Below, piece by piece: positions 1-8,652 of a stretch of DNA of 64,000 nt. Where the stretch lies: the IMG/VR virus record IMGVR_UViG_3300025015_000003, one strand, 5' to 3'. The notes below the pieces were generated by a model, which was not told where the DNA came from, made no database searches, and worked only from the letters and a program-made list of their open reading frames with translations. The position numbers and the translations under genes were made by a program. The DNA comes from a virus. Each line of letters opens with the position of its first letter. Positions within the stretch are counted from its first letter, which is position 1.

Positions 1-14
1 AAGACAGTTCAGGA

Positions 15-1928
15 ATGAACGAAGATGGCGATCGCGTCATTTACGAAGTTTACACCCGTATGGCGATTAAAGACGATGATTTTAGTGGTGGTCGTAAATC
101 ACCCTATATCATTGCAATCGATGAACACGAAAACAAGATTGTTTCAATTCGTCGTAACTGGGAAGAACAGGATCAAATTCGCAAAGCGTTGAATTGGATT
201 GTTGAAGATACGTTCATCCCTTGGCGCGGCGCTCAAGGTATCGGTCTTCCCCATTTGATCGGTGGTCTTGCTGGTGCAGCGACAGGTGCTCTTCGCGCAC
301 TTCTTGACAGCGCGCACATCAATAATGCACCGACGTTGTTGAAGCTTAAAGGTTCGCGCATCAACGGAACGAGTCAGTCGGTTGCCGTTACGCAGATTGC
401 AGATATTGAAGGTCCTGTCGGTATTGACGACATTCGCAAGTATATCATGCCGATGCCGTTCAACGCACCTTCTCCGGTCCTCATGCAGTTGTTGGGATGG
501 TTGACCGATGCTTCCAAAGGTGTTGTCAGCACTGCCAGTGAAAAGATTGCAGATGCGACTTCTAACACGCCTGTAGGAACTGTTCAGGCGTTGATTGAAC
601 AAGGTGCTGTGATCTTCTCCAGCATCCATGCCCGTTTGCACTTCAGTCAAGCCAAGAAATTCGAAATCGTACTGCGTATTCTCAAAACCTACTTCCCGCA
701 GAAATTGCAGGAATACGGTCTTGATCCGAAAATCGTTACGATGCGCGGCGTTCATCCTGCCAGCGATCCTCGCGTGTTCAGCGAAGCACAACGATTCGCT
801 CAGGCACAAGGTGTTCTTCAGCTAGCAGAGAAGGCACAACAAGATCCTCGCGTTCAATACGATATGTATGAACTGCATCGGTCAGTGTTGTCTTTAATGA
901 AGGTTGACAATCTTGATCGCATCCTTCCTCCGCCTCCGAAATCAGAACCTCAAGACCCTGCTGCGGAAATCGTATCGTTTGTCAACGGTAAACAGGTGAT
1001 CACTGTTCCAGAAATGGATCACGCGAGTCATATCTTGATTCACCTTGCATTCTTGAAAAATCCGATGTGTGGATGGAATCCGATTATGGTTCCTATTACC
1101 GCCAAAGTTTTGGAGCATTTGAAAGAGCATATTGCACATTTCTTTGCTTCACGCCTACAGATGGCCGCGCAGCAGGGGCAACAGCAAGCTGGAGCAATAC
1201 CGGGTATGCAGTTACAAGGGCCACAAAGCTCACCGCGCCCTGAGCAACTGATGGTTCAGACTTCTGAACAGATTATGCAAGTCGACATGGCGTTTGCCAG
1301 CGAAGCATTGACCGTTATTGAAGAAGTTGATCAATTCGTTCGCACAACCATGATGGGCCAGAATCCTGAAATGGAAATGGTCAAAGTTCAGGCTGACGCG
1401 CAACAGAAAGCACTTGAACTTCAGTACGAGAAGCAGAGTAACGATCTCCAGATCAAGATGATGCAGGAAGAGAATCGCCAGAATCGTACGGCGTTTGAAC
1501 AAATGCTTGATCAGCGAAAGCAAGAACACAACGAGATGGTTGACCAGTTGCAGCTTCAGCAAAAGAATGCTGAAGCGAATTTGGCGCAACAGGTTGAGAT
1601 GCTGAAGAATGAGATGGATAATCAGCAGAAACAAACGACCGAACTTCTCAAGAATCGCGATGACAATCGCACGGCGGTGATCATCGAGCAGATGAAGTTG
1701 GCGCTTACTGAAGCGATGCCGATTGACCAAGAGCCTGACGATAAGAAATATCTTAAGGAACTAGAGAACGTGCTTGAAAAAGCGAAGAGCGCGCAAGCTT
1801 CTGAACAAATGTCACTAATCATGGAAGCTTTGAAGGAAACCATTTCAGCTTCTCGCGCTCCGAGGACTACGAAAGCGATTCGCGATGAAAACGGAAAACT
1901 CATTGCCGCCAGATCGGAAATAGAATGA
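15..1928 (+). CDS. putative portal protein
   Basis: 637-aa ORF with an AGGA SD before the ATG at 15. It is the first large structural ORF ahead of the scaffold/capsid genes. The C-terminal third is Q/E/K-rich coiled-coil. Assignment by position and size only, no diagnostic motif. Confidence 0.4.
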   Translation: MNEDGDRVIYEVYTRMAIKDDDFSGGRKSPYIIAIDEHENKIVSIRRNWEEQDQIRKALNWIVEDTFIPWRGAQGIGLPHLIGGLAGAATGALRALLDSAHINNAPTLLKLKGSRINGTSQSVAVTQIADIEGPVGIDDIRKYIMPMPFNAPSPVLMQLLGWLTDASKGVVSTASEKIADATSNTPVGTVQALIEQGAVIFSSIHARLHFSQAKKFEIVLRILKTYFPQKLQEYGLDPKIVTMRGVHPASDPRVFSEAQRFAQAQGVLQLAEKAQQDPRVQYDMYELHRSVLSLMKVDNLDRILPPPPKSEPQDPAAEIVSFVNGKQVITVPEMDHASHILIHLAFLKNPMCGWNPIMVPITAKVLEHLKEHIAHFFASRLQMAAQQGQQQAGAIPGMQLQGPQSSPRPEQLMVQTSEQIMQVDMAFASEALTVIEEVDQFVRTTMMGQNPEMEMVKVQADAQQKALELQYEKQSNDLQIKMMQEENRQNRTAFEQMLDQRKQEHNEMVDQLQLQQKNAEANLAQQVEMLKNEMDNQQKQTTELLKNRDDNRTAVIIEQMKLALTEAMPIDQEPDDKKYLKELENVLEKAKSAQASEQMSLIMEALKETISASRAPRTTKAIRDENGKLIAARSEIE

Positions 1929-2082
1929 CATTCTTAGGTTGGTTATCGTTTTACGATATCAAAGGTCAATGTGCTACTTGCTTAAACGTGGTGCGCGAGT
2001 GTAAAATGGTCGCGTGCGATTATAATCGTAAAGAGTTTGGAAACGCGCATAATTGTCCTGTTTATAAATGTGACATAGAAGA

Positions 2083-2511
2083 GTGATGACAATAACTTCT
2101 AAACAATGTCTGGCACGTTACGGATCCCCGGTACACGAAACGTCAATGATCATTTGGGACGTTCCAGACGTTATGGAAGTCGGCGCTATTCCGCGACGCA
2201 TTTATTGCAATCGTGAACTCCAACCTGTTCTTGCCAAAGCTATCGTCAATTTAATAACTCGCAAAGTCATCAATCAGTTGAAGACGTGGGACGGATGTTT
2301 TAACATTCGTCAAATGCGCGGTGGATCAAATGCAAGCCTGCATTCGTGGGGTCTTGCGATTGACGTTAATGCTTCATGGAACACACTTGGTTCAGTTGGT
2401 AATATGACTCCTGCGTTTGTCAGATGTTTCACAGACGCAGGTTTTGAATGGGGCGGTGATTGGGATCGCCCAGATCCGATGCACTTCCAACTTGCGGAGT
2501 TTCCAGAATGA
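2083..2511 (+). CDS. endolysin, peptidase M15 family (L-alanyl-D-glutamate peptidase-like)
   Basis: Motifs HSWGLAIDVN (His-x6-Asp zinc ligands) and C-terminal GGDWDRPDPMHFQ (DxMHF). Both are typical of VanY/M15 phage endolysins. Confidence 0.8.
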   Translation: MMTITSKQCLARYGSPVHETSMIIWDVPDVMEVGAIPRRIYCNRELQPVLAKAIVNLITRKVINQLKTWDGCFNIRQMRGGSNASLHSWGLAIDVNASWNTLGSVGNMTPAFVRCFTDAGFEWGGDWDRPDPMHFQLAEFPE

Positions 2512-2738
2512 TCTCCCTTTCTGCATCAAGTAAACGTATCCTCCGTGGCCTATCACGCTCGTGGACCGCTCACACCGGCACTTGGCTCGCCGTAATCGGT
2601 TATTTACAGACGCAGGACAAGATCATCACCGAGTGGTTCGGACCTGACGCAGTGGGGCAGATCATGATATGCTTTGGTCTGCTGATCGTCATCCTTCGTG
2701 CCAAGACCAGCGAATCACTTGAAGCGCGAGGCCGGTGA
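2508..2738 (+). CDS. small membrane protein, holin-like
   Basis: ATG overlaps the endolysin stop (ATGA). 76 aa with hydrophobic segments WLAVIGY and IMICFGLLIVIL, then a charged C-terminus. Sits immediately downstream of the endolysin. Confidence 0.4.
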   Translation: MISLSASSKRILRGLSRSWTAHTGTWLAVIGYLQTQDKIITEWFGPDAVGQIMICFGLLIVILRAKTSESLEARGR

Positions 2739-2854
2739 TGGACGAGATGCAAACAACGATCCTGCTTGCTCTGGTGCCAGCAGTTGCTCCGCTGACGATC
2801 CCCGCTGTTTACGCAATCACGGCTGCCTTATACTTCTGGAAGGAGGGCGAATGA
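2738..2854 (+). CDS. small transmembrane protein (holin/antiholin-like)
   Basis: 38-aa ORF MDEMQTTILLALVPAVAPLTIPAVYAITAALYFWKEGE with a single TM helix. ATGA overlap with the upstream gene. Not in the ORF track because it is under 60 aa. Confidence 0.3.
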   Translation: MDEMQTTILLALVPAVAPLTIPAVYAITAALYFWKEGE

Positions 2855-2855
2855 C

Positions 2856-3356
2856 ATGCCTTTCTTCTCCTTTCTATCAGCGCGTTCTTGGGCCGTTCTT
2901 GGCGCTGTTATTGTTGTCTCCGTTCTCGCTTGGAGCGGCTATTTTGCTATTTTTTCTCGCGGTATGGTTGCTTGCGAGACAGAGCATGAACTGGCTGATC
3001 TCCACGCGGCAGAAGAAGCGCACCAGACGTATCTTGCAGAGGTCGCACGCGGCGACGTGCTGAGTGCGGAATTGATCAAAACACAGCGGAGGCTCGATGA
3101 AACAAAGACGGAATATCTGGCGTATGCCAACGGCATTACTGGCAACTGTCCTGCTGATCTCGGGCTGCTGGTTCAATCCGCCTCGACCGACTCCAGTCTG
3201 CCCAAAACCTCCGGCACACCTACTGATGCGTCCGCTTCCATTGCAGCCGCTCTTATCGCCGCCAATATCGGCACCAACTACCCCAGATGTCACGCCTGCA
3301 TTGCCCAACTCAATGCACTCATTGACTGGCACGAACATAAAGAGACTGTGAAATGA
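2856..3356 (+). CDS. i-spanin (Rz-like)
   Basis: N-terminal TM helix (AVLGAVIVVSVLAWSGYFAIF) followed by coiled-coil periplasmic domain. Contains an embedded +1 frame lipoprotein gene. Confidence 0.65.
   Translation: MPFFSFLSARSWAVLGAVIVVSVLAWSGYFAIFSRGMVACETEHELADLHAAEEAHQTYLAEVARGDVLSAELIKTQRRLDETKTEYLAYANGITGNCPADLGLLVQSASTDSSLPKTSGTPTDASASIAAALIAANIGTNYPRCHACIAQLNALIDWHEHKETVK
3097..3351 (+). CDS. o-spanin (Rz1-like lipoprotein) embedded in i-spanin gene
   Basis: +1 frame ORF lying entirely inside 2856-3356. Signal peptide plus lipobox LLISGC, followed by a proline-rich short mature peptide. The true start is probably the internal Met at 3124. Confidence 0.65.
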   Translation: MKQRRNIWRMPTALLATVLLISGCWFNPPRPTPVCPKPPAHLLMRPLPLQPLLSPPISAPTTPDVTPALPNSMHSLTGTNIKRL

Positions 3357-3586
3357 GTGAACACGAGCTATATCATGGACCGGAGCGCCGCGTGAACACA
3401 ATTCTCAGTGAAGATCAGGTCGAGTTCATTGCCGAACGTGCGGCCGAAAAAGCCATCGCGAAGATGACTGCCTCTCTGTATCAGGAGATTGGAAAAGGTG
3501 TGATCAAAAAGATACTCACACTTGCAGGCATCTTGGTCATCGGATTGGCGTTCTGGGCTAGTTCAAAAGGTATCATACGACCATGA
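3353..3586 (+). CDS. hypothetical membrane protein
   Basis: 77 aa with a C-terminal TM segment ILTLAGILVIGLAFWA. Start overlaps the spanin stop. Confidence 0.4.
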   Translation: MSEHELYHGPERRVNTILSEDQVEFIAERAAEKAIAKMTASLYQEIGKGVIKKILTLAGILVIGLAFWASSKGIIRP

Positions 3587-3820
3587 ACCGGTTCTGGCGA
3601 ATTCTTGTTTGGATCGATATCTGGATCAATGACAAATGGTTCGGCGGTCGCGCTGAAACCATCTCAGGTCGCTGCCATCGTCGCATCGCTAAAGGATGTT
3701 GGTTCTGTTCGTGGTTATGCAAGGTACTCAATAAGATAGATCCAGGTCACTGTAAGCGGGCTTATTTTAACGATCACCTCCGTAACCCTAACCTTCCTTG
3801 GATTTAAGGAGTAACGCAAC

Positions 3821-3973
3821 GTGTCCGAATTAAGTGGAAAAGTTGGCGAAGTCGAATTCACAATCACCATTACTAAACCGACTGGCGAAAGCCAGACCGT
3901 ACAGATGGTGGGGAAAGTAACGCAAGAACAAGTTGAACAGCTCGGTTTGATTGAACCGAAAAAGGAAGACTGA
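3821..3973 (+). CDS. hypothetical small protein (GTG start)
   Basis: AAGGAG SD at 3805-3810, 9 nt before GTG 3821. Encodes a 50-aa hydrophilic protein, MSELSGKVGEVEFTITITKP... Confidence 0.35.
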   Translation: MSELSGKVGEVEFTITITKPTGESQTVQMVGKVTQEQVEQLGLIEPKKED

Positions 3974-4063
3974 CATGGCACTTACTCACAGCACGGCAGC
4001 ACGGCAGCACAGGATGCAGCCACAAACGGCGTAGTTGACCTACTCGATGGTGCGGGAAGCAAA

Positions 4064-4375
4064 TTGGTGTTCCGCATTACGGGATCATCGCTCGGTACTC
4101 CATCTACCGCCGTCGCTACATTGACCTTTGCAACCCCTGCATTCGGTGCTTCGTCCTCCGGCACAGCAACAGCGGGCGCGATTACAAGCGACACAAATGC
4201 CGCAGGTGGAACGATCGCGTTCGCCACACTTCAAACCTCGGCAGATACCATAGTGATCCATTGTGCCGTATCTACGTCGGGTAGCGATATTAACGTGACT
4301 TCCGGCGGTCTTGCTGTTACGTCTGGAGATACGGTGAGTTGTTCGTCGCTGACATACAAAGCACTGGCAGCGTAA
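4064..4375 (+). CDS. hypothetical T/S/A/G-rich virion protein (TTG/GTG start)
   Basis: 103-aa ORF with no ATG start. The frame is open from 3974. Composition resembles Ig-like or decoration proteins. Confidence 0.3.
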   Translation: MVFRITGSSLGTPSTAVATLTFATPAFGASSSGTATAGAITSDTNAAGGTIAFATLQTSADTIVIHCAVSTSGSDINVTSGGLAVTSGDTVSCSSLTYKALAA

Positions 4376-4377
4376 CT

Positions 4378-4824
4378 ATGCCTATTGTATCCAGCCAGAT
4401 CGTTGCCCAGTCGCCGCAGGCGGACGGATCGACGCTTGTGCATGAGCGACATACCGACCACACTGGCAAGCAACACGATCATCAGTATTACGCGCCGACC
4501 GGGATAGATGTAGTACAGGTGCTTACGCTGCGCGGCCAGAATCTCGGTGCGGAGATTGACGTCCGTGCCGCCGTTGCCGCTGAAGCTAAAAACTACGTTA
4601 TACCGTGGAGTAAAAAGGAATTCTGGTTGCGCATCACGCCGCAGGAATATGCCACCTGTTCGGCGTTCGCTCTGTCAGACGGAGTGGCTACTTACTACTG
4701 GAAGATACTTGATTCTGTAACAGATGTAACGCCCGGTGATCCTCTGCTGATCGCCGGACTAACCTATTTCGAGCAGTTTGGTAAACTTGCACCAGGGCGT
4801 GCTGCCGCAATTGGGACTACTTGA
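4378..4824 (+). CDS. hypothetical protein
   Basis: ATG at 4378 lies directly after the upstream stop at 4373-4375. 148 aa. The ORF track extends it to TTG 4339. Confidence 0.45.
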   Translation: MPIVSSQIVAQSPQADGSTLVHERHTDHTGKQHDHQYYAPTGIDVVQVLTLRGQNLGAEIDVRAAVAAEAKNYVIPWSKKEFWLRITPQEYATCSAFALSDGVATYYWKILDSVTDVTPGDPLLIAGLTYFEQFGKLAPGRAAAIGTT

Positions 4825-4873
4825 TGACGATATATCACGTCTCCGATACTGGCAGTAATGGTGATGGATTGAG

Positions 4874-5353
4874 TTGGGTACAACTCATGATTCCTCTGGA
4901 ACATTGTCCGGTTCTGGAGCGACGATTACCGGAACATCTGCTCATGTCGGTATTCACGCAACATCAGGTTCGCTAGCTGGAATAGGTGCAACACTCGCAG
5001 GTACTACCGCTCATATTACTATCCACACTTGCTCAGGCATTCTGGCAAGTACGGGCGCAACGGTATCAGGCGCCGCAACAGTCGTCGCACCGTCAGGTGT
5101 TCATGCTGCATCCGGTGATTTACAGGGTAGTGGGGCAACGCTGGTAGGATCGGCAACACATATTAGTATTCATGATTTCTTAGGAACACTTTCAGGCATC
5201 GGTTCTGAAATAGTTGGTATTGCAGCAAAATCAGGCACAATAACTCTTACTCCTGAAGATATCGCAGCGATTGCCGATGCAGTGTGGTTGCACCCAGATG
5301 CAATCGCTGCTCACAATCAACTTGATCAAATCTTAGCGTGCTGCAATGGTTAG
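4874..5353 (+). CDS. hypothetical repeat protein (TTG start)
   Basis: Four internal ~23-aa repeats, H-x-SG-x-L-x-G-x-GATL-x-G-x-A-x-H-I-x-I. The C-terminus ...WLHPDAIAAHNQLDQILACCNG is paralogous to the N-terminus of the next ORF. Confidence 0.4.
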   Translation: MGTTHDSSGTLSGSGATITGTSAHVGIHATSGSLAGIGATLAGTTAHITIHTCSGILASTGATVSGAATVVAPSGVHAASGDLQGSGATLVGSATHISIHDFLGTLSGIGSEIVGIAAKSGTITLTPEDIAAIADAVWLHPDAIAAHNQLDQILACCNG

Positions 5354-5588
5354 TCTGACTAATGAAGACCGTGGTGCGATATCTAACGCGATATGGTCAC
5401 ATCCGCAAGGCGTTTCATATACCAACAAACTGACACAGATTGCAGACTGTTGTCAAAATATGGGAACAAACATTCAGGTGTTGTACGCCTTTGGATGTAC
5501 GACCTTTATGCTGAATCTATTGAAGAAGATCATAAAAGGCGTAAAATTGGCGCTTACGCAGAAAGACCTGTTGTTGATGCCCCTGTAA
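5346..5588 (+). CDS. hypothetical protein, N-terminal paralog of upstream C-terminus (possible frameshifted gene)
   Basis: Residues 1-40 (…AIWSHPQGVSYTNKLTQIADCCQNMG) align with the C-terminus of 4874-5353. The rest of this frame is low quality. The more protein-like continuation is in the -1 frame (5393-5863). Confidence 0.3.
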   Translation: MVSLTNEDRGAISNAIWSHPQGVSYTNKLTQIADCCQNMGTNIQVLYAFGCTTFMLNLLKKIIKGVKLALTQKDLLLMPL

Positions 5589-5863
5589 CGCCAAAAGCCG
5601 TTAAAAAGGCAGCTAAACGACGCAAGGTGGAGCGTTTTGCAGGCGTAGAGCAAAAAGTTATGCACAAACCCCTGCAAGTTTTGGCTCCAGTGTTTACATT
5701 TGTTCCAGAAACGAGTATACTTGACCTCGCAATCAAAGCTCTTGTCAATTCACCGCTACCGACGTTCAAAATACCGAAGTTAGCGAAGATTGATAAGGTT
5801 ATTGAGAAGATAGGTCTTACGAACGATGAGGATGAAGAAGAGTTTCTTCTGATGGTAGCATGA
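5393..5863 (+). CDS. hypothetical basic protein (start uncertain, see frameshift finding)
   Basis: ORF in the -1 frame relative to 5346. Lys/Arg-rich middle and acidic C-terminus. Internal ATG at 5495. Confidence 0.35.
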   Translation: MVTSARRFIYQQTDTDCRLLSKYGNKHSGVVRLWMYDLYAESIEEDHKRRKIGAYAERPVVDAPVTPKAVKKAAKRRKVERFAGVEQKVMHKPLQVLAPVFTFVPETSILDLAIKALVNSPLPTFKIPKLAKIDKVIEKIGLTNDEDEEEFLLMVA

Positions 5864-6039
5864 ACACACCTGAATTGCAAAGATTGTGGAAGCAGATTGA
5901 CGACATGTCTTCTCAGGCATACGAAACACCTGCTTCAACATGGGAAGAGTATCAACGTCGATTGGGAGTCTACCAAGGACTTCGTCAGGCGGTTGATATT
6001 TTAATTGATTTACAAAACGACGGAGAAATTGACCGTTGA
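5860..6039 (+). CDS. hypothetical small protein
   Basis: 59-aa ORF MNTPELQRLWKQIDDMSSQAYE... with ATGA overlap to the upstream stop. Confidence 0.35.
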   Translation: MNTPELQRLWKQIDDMSSQAYETPASTWEEYQRRLGVYQGLRQAVDILIDLQNDGEIDR

Positions 6040-6057
6040 CTTCTGAAGGAGAAGTAG

Positions 6058-6459
6058 ATGAGTATGAAATGGGCGTTCCCCGAAGTTGATCCCGGTATTG
6101 AACCGCTAGGATCACGAGTTCTTGTTCAATTGCGTCGCGTTAAAAAGACGACTGATTCTGGCATCATTCTTGCCAATGATTCACGTGAACATGAGAAGTA
6201 CAATACGCAAGTCGCCAAAGTGGTTTCAATTGGCCCGCTTGCATTCAAGAAACGTGATACGATGGAACCTTGGCCTGAAGGTGTTTGGGCAGATCTCGGT
6301 GACTTTGTCCGCGTACCGAAATATGGTGGTGATCGTTTTGAAGTAAAGATTCCCAACGACCCTGAAGAACCTGCCCTGTTTATGCTGCTGAACGATCATG
6401 AGTTGATTGCAAAAATCACTGGCGATCCGATGCAATTCTGGGAATACCTTAACAAGTGA
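6058..6459 (+). CDS. GroES/Cpn10-like co-chaperonin
   Basis: Alignable by eye to E. coli GroES: PLGSRVLVQ ~ PLHDRVIVK, SGIIL ~ GGIVL, KVVSIGP ~ EVLAVGNG, GDFVRVPKYGG ~ GDIVIFNDGYG, LFMLLNDHELIAKI ~ VLIMSESDILAIV. GGAGAAG SD upstream. Confidence 0.65.
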   Translation: MSMKWAFPEVDPGIEPLGSRVLVQLRRVKKTTDSGIILANDSREHEKYNTQVAKVVSIGPLAFKKRDTMEPWPEGVWADLGDFVRVPKYGGDRFEVKIPNDPEEPALFMLLNDHELIAKITGDPMQFWEYLNK

Positions 6460-6476
6460 TTTCGAAGGAAATTCAA

Positions 6477-7466
6477 ATGGCTGATGAAGTAATTGTTGAA
6501 GAAATCGGTACTCTTACAGAAGAGGACCAGAATCAACTTGCTGCCGACTTCAAGGAATTGGGCGTAATCGATCCTCCTGAAGAAAAAGCAGAAGTTGAAA
6601 ACGAAGTACACGAAGAGCACGATGACGAAGAGGGTGACGATACTCCGGATGCTGATCCTGAGCGTGAAGCAATTCGTCAGCGACGTCGTGAAGAGCGTCG
6701 TCAAAAGAAACTGAATCGTGTTAATAAGGAAGATTCTTACAAACGTGAGATTGATTCCCTGCGTCGGCAGTTGGAAGAAGTCAATACCTGGAAGAATACT
6801 GTTGAGCGTCGCCACGTTGACACTGGTATTCAACAGATTGACAAGGCGCTTTCTGATGCCAATTCTGCGATCAATCTTGCAAAGCAAGCGATTGTTGAAG
6901 CGACCAAGAATCAGGATGGTGAAGCTCAGGTAGACGCGCAAGAATTGTATTACGCGGCTCGCAAGCGTCAAGAAGATCTGACCCGTTTGAAAGCAGGCAT
7001 TGCCCAGAAAATGGCAGCACCTCCGCAGCAGAACGTTGATCCTGTTGTCATCCAAGGTGCGAAATCTTGGATGGATTCTAAAGCGTGGTACGACCCGACT
7101 GGTAAAGATATGGATAGTCGGATCACTTTACAAGTTGATAATCAGATGGCCCAAGAAGGTTGGGACCCGCGTTCTCCGGAGTATTGGACTGAACTTGATA
7201 ATCGCTTGCAAAAATATTTGCCTCACCGCTTTACAGGCTCAAACTCAGGTGCTAACATGAGCAGTAACGAGACTCAACGAAGGAACAAGCCTCCGACTTC
7301 TGGTTCAAGTCAAGGAAGTGGTCCAGTGAAAGCTGAAGGTTATCGTTTGTCACCTGAAAAGGTAAAAGCGATTAAGGAAGCTGGAATGTGGGACGACCCA
7401 GATAAACGCAAGAAAATGATCAAGCGTTATATGGATTTTGACAAGAACCAAGTTAAGGAGAATTGA
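6477..7466 (+). CDS. putative scaffolding protein
   Basis: 329 aa, highly acidic N-terminus and long predicted coiled coils. Lies immediately upstream of the capsid-region genes. ATG 6477 follows an AAGGAAA SD. Confidence 0.45.
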   Translation: MADEVIVEEIGTLTEEDQNQLAADFKELGVIDPPEEKAEVENEVHEEHDDEEGDDTPDADPEREAIRQRRREERRQKKLNRVNKEDSYKREIDSLRRQLEEVNTWKNTVERRHVDTGIQQIDKALSDANSAINLAKQAIVEATKNQDGEAQVDAQELYYAARKRQEDLTRLKAGIAQKMAAPPQQNVDPVVIQGAKSWMDSKAWYDPTGKDMDSRITLQVDNQMAQEGWDPRSPEYWTELDNRLQKYLPHRFTGSNSGANMSSNETQRRNKPPTSGSSQGSGPVKAEGYRLSPEKVKAIKEAGMWDDPDKRKKMIKRYMDFDKNQVKEN

Positions 7467-7467
7467 A

Positions 7468-8001
7468 ATGGACGAACGTATTAAGCGTACCCCAGATTCC
7501 TCACGTGAATCTCGTAAAGTTGAAGATCAGTCTCGCGCAAGTGCGACTGAGGCACTGTCCGGAGCCGCTGAGCGTCGCAAGATGTTCCGTGACTTCATCC
7601 AGGAAGCGTTGCCCGCGCCTCCGTCCATCCCAGGATGGCATTATGTTTGGCTTTCGACCACGAACCAATATGACCCGATTTATAAGCGCACGCGAATGGG
7701 TTATGAGCCAGTGAAAGCAGAAGAACTTCCGGGTTATGAGAACTACCGGGTAAAATCCGGGGAACATGAAGGCTTGATTTCTGTCAATGAAATGGTGCTT
7801 TTCAAAATCCCGCAGGAATATTACCAGGAGATCATGGAAGAGTATCACCACAACATGCCGAACGAAGAAGAAGATCGTCTTAAGTCCAACGTCGTTGGTC
7901 AAGAGTCTGATTCTAACGGTCGTCGGTTGGGTGGCTTTGATAAAGACGATGAAGGTTTCCGCTCACTGAGCAGATCTTCTCCCGCCCCTGTTTTCAATTG
8001 A
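7468..8001 (+). CDS. hypothetical head-module protein
   Basis: ATG 7468 follows an AAGGAG SD. 177 aa. No motif recognised. Confidence 0.4.
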   Translation: MDERIKRTPDSSRESRKVEDQSRASATEALSGAAERRKMFRDFIQEALPAPPSIPGWHYVWLSTTNQYDPIYKRTRMGYEPVKAEELPGYENYRVKSGEHEGLISVNEMVLFKIPQEYYQEIMEEYHHNMPNEEEDRLKSNVVGQESDSNGRRLGGFDKDDEGFRSLSRSSPAPVFN

Positions 8002-8012
8002 AAGGAATCTAA

Positions 8013-8639
8013 ATGAGCACTACTTCTGCTCCCTTTGGTTTCCGTTTGGCTCGTCAACCTTCGGTACACGGCATTGCTCGTCCGTTTCCGATCGTAACGG
8101 GTTACGCGGTAAACATTTTCTCCGGTGACCCGGTTTCTCTGGCAGGCACGGCTTCTGGTGAAGGCGGTATTGAAATCGCCACTCTCGCTGGCGACCGTCC
8201 CGGTACTGTCGCTGCTATGCCGATCCTCGGTATCTTTGTTGGTTGCGAATACATCGACTCCCTTGGCAAACCGACCAAATCGGCTTACTGGCCCGCCTCC
8301 ACGAGCGCGACCAACATCGTCGCTTGGGTTATCGAAGGTGACCAGAATGAGTTCGAAGTTCAGGCTGACGGTGCTATCGCCAAGACTGACATCGGTACTC
8401 AGTGTGACTGGGTTGCTTCGGCTTCTCCTTACGGCTCTACCGCAACCGGCCTTTCGACCGCAATGGTTTCCGCTACTCCGACGGCTTCTGCCTCGCAAGG
8501 CGGCTTCCAAATCATTGACTTCGTTGAAGACGGAGCCAATACCGCTGGCGACACGTACACTCGTGTTATCGTTCGTATCGCCAATCCTCAATTGGGTCGT
8601 GCAGGGCGCGTTGCCTTGAATGACGCTGGTACTGCATAA
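8013..8639 (+). CDS. hypothetical virion protein
   Basis: 208 aa with an AAAGGA SD. A/G/T/S-rich composition, possibly a decoration or minor capsid protein. Confidence 0.4.
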   Translation: MSTTSAPFGFRLARQPSVHGIARPFPIVTGYAVNIFSGDPVSLAGTASGEGGIEIATLAGDRPGTVAAMPILGIFVGCEYIDSLGKPTKSAYWPASTSATNIVAWVIEGDQNEFEVQADGAIAKTDIGTQCDWVASASPYGSTATGLSTAMVSATPTASASQGGFQIIDFVEDGANTAGDTYTRVIVRIANPQLGRAGRVALNDAGTA

Positions 8640-8652
8640 GGAGAAATGAATC

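Noticed and set aside
1230-1903. Minus-strand ORFs (166 aa, 93 aa) inside the portal gene
   Set aside because: Leu/His-rich low-complexity antisense translation of the coiled-coil coding region. No RBS and wrong orientation for the operon.
2698-3063. 121-aa ORF overlapping the small TM gene and spanin start
   Set aside because: Out of frame with the tightly coupled holin-like and spanin genes. Arg/Cys-rich.
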